24,000 nucleotides of DNA from Blastococcus xanthinilyticus (GCF_008124835.1 NZ_VNHW01000007.1:82172-106171); one strand, 5' to 3'. Positions 8,442 to 15,941 are shown, counted from the stretch's first letter. Made by a program: numbers and translations. Notes: generated from the letters alone by a model not told the origin.

Positions 8442-9529
8442 GTTCTCCCCTGAGAGCTGGTCGCCGCCTCTCGGGCTGCGGCAGGGATGCGGAGAACGGC
8501 CGGCTGCTGGACCGCGCTGGTGAGCTTCTCGACCGCGGCGACGACGTCCTGCGCCGTCACCGAGGTCAGGCAGGGGTGGCCGGGCACGGGGCACTCCCGG
8601 GCCCGGGTGTCGCGGCAGGGTGCGGACTGGTCGCCCAGCAGCACGCTGGGGACGCCGTACGGCGCCCAGCGGACGGCGGGCACCACCGGGGAGAACAGCG
8701 ACACGACCGGCGTGCCGACGGCGGCGGCCAGGTGCGCCGGGCCGGTGTTGCCGACGACGACGGCCACGGCGCCGTCGAGCAGCGCGGCCATCTCCGGCAG
8801 CGAGGTCTCCCCACCGAGGTCCACGCCCCGGGTGCCGGCCACGGCCGCGGTCAGCGCCCGCTCCCCCGGGCCACCGGTGACCAGGACGCGGTGGCCGGCG
8901 TCGGCCAGCGCCTCGACCGCCTCGGCGCACCGCTGCGCCGGCCAGGTGCGCGCGGGCACGGACGCCCCGGGGTGCAGGACGACATAGCCGGGCTCGGTGG
9001 CGGCCGGGTGCGCGACCGGGGGCAGGGGCCGGCGCACCGCGAGCCGGCCGTCGTCACCGGCCGGCGGCTCGAACCCCGCGGCCCGGGCCAGCGAGAGCGC
9101 GCGCTCGGGCTCGGGCAGGTCGTCCTCGACGCGGTGCCGGACGTCGAGCAGCGTGCCGGGGTAGTCGACGCTGATGGCCGAGATCCGGGGCACCCCCGCG
9201 GTGCGCAGCACCAGCGCCAGGGGCAGCGGCGACTGGTGGAACGACGTGGAGATCACCGCCTCGTCGGGCGCGAGGGCCCGCACCCGGTCGGTGAGGGCGG
9301 CGAGGTCGTCGGCGTCGACCGGCGGCGGGTCCCCGAGGATCCACGGGCAGGACCAGGTCCACACCTCGTCGACCCCGGGCAGCAGCGCCGCCGCCGCGGC
9401 GCCGGCCGGGCCGGCGAGGAGGACGACCCGGTCCGCGCCGTGCGCGACGGCGCGGAGCAGCGGGCCCTGCAGCAGCACGTCGCCGGCGTTGTCGAGCCGG
9501 GCGACCAGCACGGTGCGTGGCGTCACCAC
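8438..9529 (-). CDS. Glycosyltransferase family 9 (heptosyltransferase-like), copy B
   Basis: VLVARLDNAGDVLLQGPLLRAVAHGADRVVLL is the GT9 N-motif and VVGNTGPAHLAAAVGTPVVSLFSPV is the GT9 C-motif. The Cys/His segment APCRDTRARECPVPGHPCL is of the kind seen near the C-terminus of many GT9 members. Two adjacent GTG codons sit at 9529 and 9526, and the second gives a GTGA overlap with the upstream stop. Confidence 0.85.
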   Translation of the reverse strand: MVTPRTVLVARLDNAGDVLLQGPLLRAVAHGADRVVLLAGPAGAAAAALLPGVDEVWTWSCPWILGDPPPVDADDLAALTDRVRALAPDEAVISTSFHQSPLPLALVLRTAGVPRISAISVDYPGTLLDVRHRVEDDLPEPERALSLARAAGFEPPAGDDGRLAVRRPLPPVAHPAATEPGYVVLHPGASVPARTWPAQRCAEAVEALADAGHRVLVTGGPGERALTAAVAGTRGVDLGGETSLPEMAALLDGAVAVVVGNTGPAHLAAAVGTPVVSLFSPVVPAVRWAPYGVPSVLLGDQSAPCRDTRARECPVPGHPCLTSVTAQDVVAAVEKLTSAVQQPAVLRIPAAAREAATSSQGRT

Positions 9530-11025
9530 TCACCCGCCAGCACGTCGCCGACCGCGGCGGTCAGCGTCGCCGCCACGCGGGGCGCGGCGTCGACCTCGGA
9601 GTTCCGCGTCACCGGTGTGGGCACCATGATCGCGGTCGCGCCGGCCGCCGCGGCGGCGTCGACGTCGGCAGCGATGTCACCGATGACCACGCAGCGCGCC
9701 GGCTCCACGCCGAGCCCGGCGCAGGCGGCGGTGACCATGCCCGGCGCGGGCTTCCGGCAGTCGCAGGCGTCGTCGGGGCCGTGCGGGCAGAACTGGACGG
9801 TGTCGAAGGGGCCGAGCAGCTCGTCGAGCCGCTTCATGCAGGCGTGCACCTGCTCGGTCGTGATCAGGCCGCGGGCGACGCCGGACTGGTTGCTCACCAC
9901 GCCGACCCGCACCCCGCGGGCGCGCAGCGCGTCGAGCGCCTCCTTCGCGCCGTCGACCGGGCGCACCCAGTCGGGGTCGCCGTTGTAGGGGAAGTCGTGC
10001 ACCAGGGTGCCGTCGCGGTCGAAGAGCACGAGATCGGGCAGCCCCCGCCAGCGGCGGACGCCCACGTGCTGCACCACTCCGCGCAGCCAGTGCCAGGTGG
10101 CCAGCGGCGGGATGAGCGCACTGGTGGCGAGCATGGTCGTGACCTCGGCGCGGTCGCGCGGGCCGGGCGCGATCCGCCGCCAGGCGAACTCGGCGGTGCC
10201 TGCCGCCCAGGTGGCGGCCGCGAGCGCCGCGGCCCCCGGTCGGCGGGCGAGGGCCAGGCCGAGGGCGGCCAGCGCCGCGGCGGTGACGGCGGTGTGCTGC
10301 GGCCGGCGGCCGAGCGGGGCGGCGGCGCGGTGCGGCGCCCGCCAGTCGGGGCCGTGCAGCCGCCGCATGAGGACGTCGTCGGCGTTGCCGGCCTGCACCC
10401 GGACGCTGGTCCAGCGGCCGGTGGGGCGCACCGGGTGGGTGATCCAGCGCTCGCCGCGGACCAGCCGGGCGCCGGTGTCCATGATCCGCAGCGCGAGGTC
10501 GGAGTCCTCGCGGAAGGCGCGCGGGAAGCGCTCGTCGAAGCCGCCGACCGCGGCCAGCGCGCTGCGGCGGTAGGCGAGGTCGGCGGTGATCCAGCTGGAG
10601 GTGGCCAGCCCCGCGGTGCCGCGTTCCCAGTCGGTGGGCCGCCGGTCCTCGGGCAGCGGCACCCGCACCCGGCCCTGGCTGCCGGCGACGTCCGGGCCGA
10701 GGTCGGCGAGGTCCTGCTCCAGCCGCTCGTACCAGTCGGGGTCGGGAACCACGTCGTCGTCGAGGAAGGCGATCCACTCGGTGCGGGCGGTGCGCCAGCC
10801 CAGGTTGCGGGCGCGCGCGGGCCCGCCGCCGCCGGTGCGCACCACGCGGACCGGGGGCAGGCCGGGACGGTCGGGGCGCAGCGGCTCACCCGTGGGCCGG
10901 TCGTCGACGAGGACCAGCTCGGCGGGGCGCGGGCCCGGGGCCGCGGCGAGCGCGTCGAGCAGGACGTCGAGCGAGGGACGCCCGATCGTCGGCACCACGA
11001 CGGAGCACTGCGCGAGCATGATCAC
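9523..11025 (-). CDS. gmhB: Fusion protein with an N-terminal GT2 glycosyltransferase domain, a central hydrophobic linker and a C-terminal D-glycero-D-manno-heptose 1,7-bisphosphate phosphatase (HAD, GmhB-type)
   Basis: GT2 domain: SVVVPTIGRPSLDVLLDAL...ELVLVDDRP...WIAFLDDDVVP (DxD). Linker: hydrophobic runs AVTAAALAALGLALA, AAALAAATWAAGTAEFAW and MLATSALIPPLATW. GmhB domain (last ~169 aa, about 9526-10035): LFDRDGTL, GVVSNQSGVARG, the Zn-loop FCPHGPDDACDCRKPAPGM, and VVIGD. The start is either GTG at 11025 or ATG at 11019 (AGGACGG upstream). Confidence 0.85.
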   Translation of the reverse strand: MIMLAQCSVVVPTIGRPSLDVLLDALAAAPGPRPAELVLVDDRPTGEPLRPDRPGLPPVRVVRTGGGGPARARNLGWRTARTEWIAFLDDDVVPDPDWYERLEQDLADLGPDVAGSQGRVRVPLPEDRRPTDWERGTAGLATSSWITADLAYRRSALAAVGGFDERFPRAFREDSDLALRIMDTGARLVRGERWITHPVRPTGRWTSVRVQAGNADDVLMRRLHGPDWRAPHRAAAPLGRRPQHTAVTAAALAALGLALARRPGAAALAAATWAAGTAEFAWRRIAPGPRDRAEVTTMLATSALIPPLATWHWLRGVVQHVGVRRWRGLPDLVLFDRDGTLVHDFPYNGDPDWVRPVDGAKEALDALRARGVRVGVVSNQSGVARGLITTEQVHACMKRLDELLGPFDTVQFCPHGPDDACDCRKPAPGMVTAACAGLGVEPARCVVIGDIAADVDAAAAAGATAIMVPTPVTRNSEVDAAPRVAATLTAAVGDVLAGEW

Positions 11026-11084
11026 CGTCCTGCCCGTTCTCCTGCGGCCGAAACACTACGGGCTTGAAGTGTCCGGCGTCGCAG

Positions 11085-11143
11085 TCGATGGACGTGCCGG
11101 GAACGGCCGCCGGGCTGCGCGCGCCCGGGTCCCGGTCCATCGA
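11085..11143 (-). other. Long imperfect three-segment stem-loop (about 20 bp paired) between scoB and the heptose operon
   Basis: TCGATGGA (11085-11092) pairs with TCCATCGA (11136-11143). CCGGGA (11097-11102) pairs with TCCCGG (11130-11135). CCGGGC (11110-11115) pairs with GCCCGG (11123-11128). All pairings were read directly from the sequence. Whether it acts as a terminator, processing site or leader is unknown. Confidence 0.45.
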
Positions 11144-11179
11144 TGGGAGCCGCGACCGGGTGGAGGGCATGCGTGGCAG

Positions 11180-11215
11180 GTCGGTCTCTGCCCACTGCTG
11201 TGGGCAGCGACCGAC
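11180..11215 (-). terminator. Stem-loop about 50 nt downstream of the scoB stop (putative terminator/attenuator)
   Basis: GTCGGTC-T-CTGCCCAC (11180-11195), loop TGCT, then GTGGGCAG-C-GACCGAC (11200-11215). That is 15 bp with one mismatch. There is no obvious U-tract, which is common in high-GC actinobacteria. Confidence 0.5.
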
Positions 11216-11264
11216 GCTCGCCGGAGAACGTCAGCGGCCGGACGAGTTCAGCGGCCGAAGGAGG

Positions 11265-11942
11265 TCAGGCGTCGGCCGGCACCAGGACGGCGACGTCGTC
11301 GGCGAAGGTCAGCGGCGCGCCGGTGCGCCGCTGCAGCTCCTCCCGGTCGAGCCCGGCCACCATGTCCACCACCACGAACCCGTCCGGCCCGACGTCGATG
11401 ACCGCGAGCTCGGTGTAGATCCGGTGCACCACGCGGGCGGCGGTGAGCGGGTAGGTGCACTCCGGCAGCAGCTTGTGCCGGCCGTCCGGGGTGGTGTGCA
11501 TCATCAGCACCAGCACCCGCTTGGCCCCGACGGCGAGGTCCATGGCGCCCCCGACGGCCGGCGGCAGGTTCGAGTCGTCGGTGGCCCAGTTCGCGAGGTC
11601 GCCCTGCTGCGACACCTGGAAGGCGCCCAGCACGGTGACGTCGATGTGTCCGCCGCGCATCATCATGAACGAGTCGGTGTGGTGGAAGTACGAGCCGCCG
11701 GTGAGCAGCGTGACCGGCTGCTTCCCCGCGTTGATCAGCTCCCAGTCCACCTCGTCGGGTGCCGGCGCCGGGCCCATGCCGAGGATGCCGTTCTCGCTGT
11801 GGAAGATGATCTCCTTGTCGGCGGCGACGACGTCGCCGACCAGCGTGGGCATGCCGATGCCGAGGTTCACGTAGGCGCCGTCGGGGATGTCCCGTGCCAC
11901 CCGGGCGGCCATCTGGGTGTGCGACAGCTGAGGACCGCTCAC
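11265..11942 (-). CDS. scoB: Class I CoA-transferase subunit B (3-oxoacid CoA-transferase B-type)
   Basis: IARRVARDIPDGAYVNLGIGMPT-like N-terminus (MAARVARDIPDGAYVNLGIGMPT). FHSENGILGMGP contains the catalytic-Glu SENG motif. GTG at 11942 overlaps the scoA TGA (GTGA). Confidence 0.88.
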   Translation of the reverse strand: MSGPQLSHTQMAARVARDIPDGAYVNLGIGMPTLVGDVVAADKEIIFHSENGILGMGPAPAPDEVDWELINAGKQPVTLLTGGSYFHHTDSFMMMRGGHIDVTVLGAFQVSQQGDLANWATDDSNLPPAVGGAMDLAVGAKRVLVLMMHTTPDGRHKLLPECTYPLTAARVVHRIYTELAVIDVGPDGFVVVDMVAGLDREELQRRTGAPLTFADDVAVLVPADA

Positions 11943-12604
11943 TCCGCCACCTCCACGACGCGGTCGACGAAGATGCCCGGGGTCACGACCGCCTCGGGGT
12001 CGAGGTCGCCCAGCTCCACGAACCCGCGCACCTGCACGACGGTGGTCGTGGCGGCGGTGGCCATGGTCGGGCCGAAGTTCCGGGCCGCCTTGTTGTAGAC
12101 CAGGTTGCCCCAGCGGTCGGCGTGCAGCGCCTTGACCAGGGCCATGTCCCCGCCGAGGGGTTCCTCGAAGACGTGCCGCCGTCCGGCGATCATCCGCACC
12201 TCCTTGCCGCGGGAGAGCAGCGAGTCGGCGCCGGCGGGGGTGAAGAAGCCACCCAGCCCGGCCCCGGCCGCCCGCATGCGCTCGCTCAGCGTGCCCTGGG
12301 GGACGAGCTCGAGCTCGATGTTGCCGGCCCGGTAGAACTCCTCGAACCAGATCGACCCGGCCGACCGCGGGTACGAGCAGATGATCTTCCGGACCCGGTG
12401 CTCCCGGATGAGCGCGGCGACGTCGGTCTCACCGGCGCCGGCGTTGTTGGTGACGATGGTCAGGTCGCGCGCGCCCTGCTCGAGGACGGCGTGCACCAGC
12501 TCCACCGGGACGCCGGCCGCGCCGAAGCCGCCGACCAGGACGGTCGAGCCGTCCGCCAGCCCCTCGACCGCCTCGGCGAGGGACGCCACCCGCTTGTCGA
12601 TCAC
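11939..12604 (-). CDS. scoA: Class I CoA-transferase subunit A (3-oxoacid CoA-transferase A-type)
   Basis: SLAEAVEGLADGSTVLVGGFGAAGVPVELVHAV, ELELVPQGTLSERMRAAGAGLGGFFTP and DRWGNLVY are typical of subunit A of succinyl-CoA:3-oxoacid / 3-oxoadipate CoA-transferases. Confidence 0.88.
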   Translation of the reverse strand: MIDKRVASLAEAVEGLADGSTVLVGGFGAAGVPVELVHAVLEQGARDLTIVTNNAGAGETDVAALIREHRVRKIICSYPRSAGSIWFEEFYRAGNIELELVPQGTLSERMRAAGAGLGGFFTPAGADSLLSRGKEVRMIAGRRHVFEEPLGGDMALVKALHADRWGNLVYNKAARNFGPTMATAATTTVVQVRGFVELGDLDPEAVVTPGIFVDRVVEVAE

Positions 12605-12670
12605 TGCGCCTCCGGACGTCGTCCCGCCGCCGCGCGGGCAGCCGCTCGCGACGGTGTCCGCCGCGTCCGG

Positions 12671-14365
12671 TCAGCCACGGTCGGGCCCCTCGCCCCTCCC
12701 GTGCGCCGTCGACCCGGAGGCCCCGGTGCCGTCGCGCGGTGCGGACCCGGTGCCGTCCTGGGGCGCCGTGGAGACCGCGCCGCCCACCGGCGCCGCCGAC
12801 TCGGCCCCGGGCGATCCCTCGGGCTCCGCGGTCATCCCGGCGGCCGCGAGGTCCTCATCGCCCGGCGTGGCCGGGCGGCTGCGCCCGCGACGCTTACGGA
12901 TGCCCGACACCACGCTGATGAGGATCACCAGCGCCATGAGGGCGAAGATGGTCCCGGACATGGGCCGGGTGAAGAAGGTCGAGAACTCGCCGCCGGAGAG
13001 CAGCATCGATCGGCGGAAATTGGTCTCGAGGATCGAGCCGAGGACGAAGGCGAGCACCAGCGGGCCCGGCTCGAACCCGGTCTTCTTCATCAGCCAGCCG
13101 ATGACGCCGAAGATCAGCACGACCCACATGTCGAACGAGTCGTTGTTGACCGAGAAGACGCCGGCCATCGTGACCATCAGCGCGAAGGCGGCGAGGATCC
13201 CGGACCGCACCCGCAGGAGCTGCACGAACACCCCGACCAGCGGGATGTTCAGCGCCAGCAGCATCAGGTTGCCGATGTACATCGAGGCGATGACGCCCCA
13301 GAAGATCTCGGGCTCCTGGGAGATCAGCTGCGGGCCCGGGGTGATGCCCTGGACCAGCAGTGCGCCGAAGATCAGCGCCAGCACCACGTTCGCCGGGATG
13401 CCGAGGGTGAGCAGCGGGATGAACGCCGAGGTCGACGAGGCGTTGTTCGCCGTCTCGGGCCCGGCGACGCCCTCGATGGCGCCCTTGCCGAACCGGGTCG
13501 GGTCCTTCGCCCGCCGCTTCTCCGTCGCGTAGGAGGCCAGCGAGGAGATGACCCCACCGCCACCGGGCAGCACGCCGATGAAGAAGCCCATCACCGAGCC
13601 GCGTGCGATGGCGCCCGAGGAGTCGCGGAAGTCCTTGCGGCTCGGCCAGATGTTCTTCAGCTTGGTCTTGACCGCCTGGGCCTTCTCGGTCTTCTCGACG
13701 TTGTAGAGGATCTCGCCGACGCCGAACAGCCCCATGGCCACCGCGACGAAGTCGAACCCGTCGAACAGCGCGATCTGCCCGAAGGTGAACCGGGTGGTCC
13801 CGGTGATGTCGTCCTGGCCGACGGTGGCCAGGAACAGGCCCAGGGCCGCCATGCAGAGGCTCTTCACCGGGTGCCGGGTGCCCAGGTAGGTCACCAGCAG
13901 GATGCCGAGAGCGGTGAGCGCCACGTACTCCTGGGAGCCGAACTCGACGGCCAGGTCGGCCAGCGGCGGCGCCAGCAGGGTCAGCCCGATCACGGCGACG
14001 GTGCCGCCGATGAACGAGCCCACCGCGGCGATACCCAGGGCCGGGCCGGCCCGGCCCTGCTTGGCCATCTGGTAGCCGTCGAAGGTGGTGACCACCGACG
14101 CGGCCTCGCCGGGCAACTGCAGCAGCACCGAGGTGATCGTGCCGCCGTACATCGACCCGTAGTAGATGCCGGCCAGCAGGATGACCGCGGTGACCGGCTC
14201 GATCGAGTAGGTCAGCGGCAGCAGCAGGGCGATCGTCGCCGTCGGGCCCAGCCCGGGGAGGACGCCGATGACGGTGCCGATGAGCACGCCGATGAAGACG
14301 TAGAGCAGGTTGGTCGGGTCGAGGGCGACACCGAAGCCCTGACCGATCCCGTCGAGGATGCCCAC
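12671..14365 (-). CDS. tctA: Tripartite tricarboxylate transporter large permease TctA, with a ~75-aa low-complexity C-terminal tail
   Basis: The N-terminus VGILDGIGQGFGVALDPTNLLYVFIGVLIGTVIGVLPGLGP is the canonical TctA start, and the protein is polytopic and hydrophobic throughout. I chose GTG at 14365, 1 nt after the tctB stop. The track's 594-aa form begins with a Cys/Arg-rich non-native extension overlapping tctB. Confidence 0.9.
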   Translation of the reverse strand: MGILDGIGQGFGVALDPTNLLYVFIGVLIGTVIGVLPGLGPTATIALLLPLTYSIEPVTAVILLAGIYYGSMYGGTITSVLLQLPGEAASVVTTFDGYQMAKQGRAGPALGIAAVGSFIGGTVAVIGLTLLAPPLADLAVEFGSQEYVALTALGILLVTYLGTRHPVKSLCMAALGLFLATVGQDDITGTTRFTFGQIALFDGFDFVAVAMGLFGVGEILYNVEKTEKAQAVKTKLKNIWPSRKDFRDSSGAIARGSVMGFFIGVLPGGGGVISSLASYATEKRRAKDPTRFGKGAIEGVAGPETANNASSTSAFIPLLTLGIPANVVLALIFGALLVQGITPGPQLISQEPEIFWGVIASMYIGNLMLLALNIPLVGVFVQLLRVRSGILAAFALMVTMAGVFSVNNDSFDMWVVLIFGVIGWLMKKTGFEPGPLVLAFVLGSILETNFRRSMLLSGGEFSTFFTRPMSGTIFALMALVILISVVSGIRKRRGRSRPATPGDEDLAAAGMTAEPEGSPGAESAAPVGGAVSTAPQDGTGSAPRDGTGASGSTAHGRGEGPDRG

Positions 14366-14366
14366 G

Positions 14367-14819
14367 TCAGCGCCCCGTTCCCGCGAAGAGGATGCCGTCG
14401 GGGAACGGCACGGCCAGCGCCACCTCGAACAGCACGTAGAACAACAGTGCCCCACCGACCGCCAGCGGGACCGCCAGGCGCCACGGCTCCTTGGCGAACA
14501 GCCGCAGCCAGAACAACAGCATGAGCATGGCCGGGACGACGAAGCCGATGATCTCGAACAGCACGATGAAGACCGCGAGACCCGCCAGCCCGCCCACGAT
14601 GCCCAGGGCGCTCCGGGTCCACGGCTCGTAGTCGGCCGGGTCGTCGATGAACAGCAGCAGGACCGCGGTCAGGGTCAACAGGCAGGCGACCAGGAACGGC
14701 CAGAGCCCCGAGCCGGGGGCGCTCAGCTCACCGAGCCCGAGCTCGTACGAGCCGTACATCGCGGCGAGGCCGAGCACCAGCATGACCGCGGGGGCCAGCC
14801 GGTACAGGTGCTTGGACAT
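14367..14819 (-). CDS. tctB: Tripartite tricarboxylate transporter small permease TctB
   Basis: It is a 150-aa protein with four hydrophobic helices, and it has the GLWPF motif region typical of TctB. It sits between tctC and tctA. GAGAGGG lies upstream of the ATG. Confidence 0.8.
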   Translation of the reverse strand: MSKHLYRLAPAVMLVLGLAAMYGSYELGLGELSAPGSGLWPFLVACLLTLTAVLLLFIDDPADYEPWTRSALGIVGGLAGLAVFIVLFEIIGFVVPAMLMLLFWLRLFAKEPWRLAVPLAVGGALLFYVLFEVALAVPFPDGILFAGTGR

Positions 14820-14857
14820 CGGACCCTCTCAGGACGAGGCGGGACGGGGAGGACCGG

Positions 14858-14895
14858 CGTCGTGGGCCCGGCCGCTTCCGGCCGGGCCCACGACG
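14858..14895 (-). other. Perfect 16-bp GC-rich stem-loop between tctC (stop 14900) and tctB (start 14819)
   Basis: CGTCGTGGGCCCGGCC (14858-14873), loop GCTTCC, GGCCGGGCCCACGACG (14880-14895). I verified the arms base by base as exact reverse complements. There is no U-tract. Confidence 0.7.
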
Positions 14896-14899
14896 GGGC

Positions 14900-15898
14900 T
14901 CACTCCTGGAGGATCGGACCGTACGCCTCGACGATCTCGTCGATGCGCTGGGCGAACGCCTCGGAGCCGATGAACTCGTCGGGCACGTAGTCCTCGCCGA
15001 GCTGCTCGCGGACGGCGTCCTTCTGCAGGCAGGTGTCGACGGTCTCCTCGAGCGTGGAGACGACGTTGTCCGGCACGCCGGCCGGGGCGGCCAGACCGAA
15101 GACCGAGACGCTGCTGGTCAGCTCCTCGAAGCCGGACTCGGCCAGCGTCGGGGCGTCGATGTAGTCGACCGGCTCGGCCGGGCTGACCGCGAGCGGCACG
15201 AAGCTGCCGGCCTCGATGTTGGTCAGCACGTCCTGCGAGGAGTTGATGAAGATGGCGTCGACGTTGCCACCGAGGATCGCCGTCGTCATCTCGGCGTTGC
15301 CGGTGAAGGGCACCGCGGTGACCTCGACGTCGTACTCCTCGGCCAGCCGCCGCAGCTCCATCGCCTGGGAGGTGGTGGTGCCGGGGACGCCCACGTTCAG
15401 CTCACCCGGGTTCTCCTCGGCGTAGGAGAAGAACTCCTCTGCGCTGGCGAACTGCGAGTCCTCGCCGACGATGAGCGCCGACGGGATCTGGGTGACCGCG
15501 GCGATCGGGACGTAGTCCTCGTTGGTGTAGCCGACGTCGTCCTGCAGCGGATTGGTCGCCGAGGCGGGGACCGCGATCAGCGAGAGGCTGTAGCCGTCGT
15601 TCCCGCCGGCGAGCATGGCCTGCATGCCGACCGAGCCGGACGCGCCCTCGCGGTTCTCCACCACGACGGTCTGGCCGAGCTCCTCCTCGATGCAGGTGCC
15701 GATGGTGCGCGCCGCGAGGTCGGTGGGCCCGCCGGCGGCGTAGGGGACGATGAGGCTGATGTCCTCGGTGGGGTACTCGGCGGCGGCCTCGCCGCCCTCG
15801 CCCCCGGCCTCGGTGTCGGTCGCGTCGTCGCCGCAGGCGGCGAGGACGAGGACGGATGCCGCCAGGATGGCGGGCGCGGTGGCGCGGAAACGTCGCAT
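14900..15898 (-). CDS. tctC: TctC/Bug-family tripartite tricarboxylate transporter substrate-binding lipoprotein, paralog 1
   Basis: The signal peptide has a lipobox (LVLAAC-G). Conserved Bug-family segments are present: IVPYAAGGPTDLAART, VVVENREGASG, AVPFTGNAEMTTAILGGNVDA. GGAGGAA lies 5 nt upstream of the ATG at 15898. Confidence 0.9.
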   Translation of the reverse strand: MRRFRATAPAILAASVLVLAACGDDATDTEAGGEGGEAAAEYPTEDISLIVPYAAGGPTDLAARTIGTCIEEELGQTVVVENREGASGSVGMQAMLAGGNDGYSLSLIAVPASATNPLQDDVGYTNEDYVPIAAVTQIPSALIVGEDSQFASAEEFFSYAEENPGELNVGVPGTTTSQAMELRRLAEEYDVEVTAVPFTGNAEMTTAILGGNVDAIFINSSQDVLTNIEAGSFVPLAVSPAEPVDYIDAPTLAESGFEELTSSVSVFGLAAPAGVPDNVVSTLEETVDTCLQKDAVREQLGEDYVPDEFIGSEAFAQRIDEIVEAYGPILQE

Positions 15899-15941
15899 GG
15901 TTCCTCCGGGGTGGTGCGGATCGGTACGGATCGGGCGCAGG

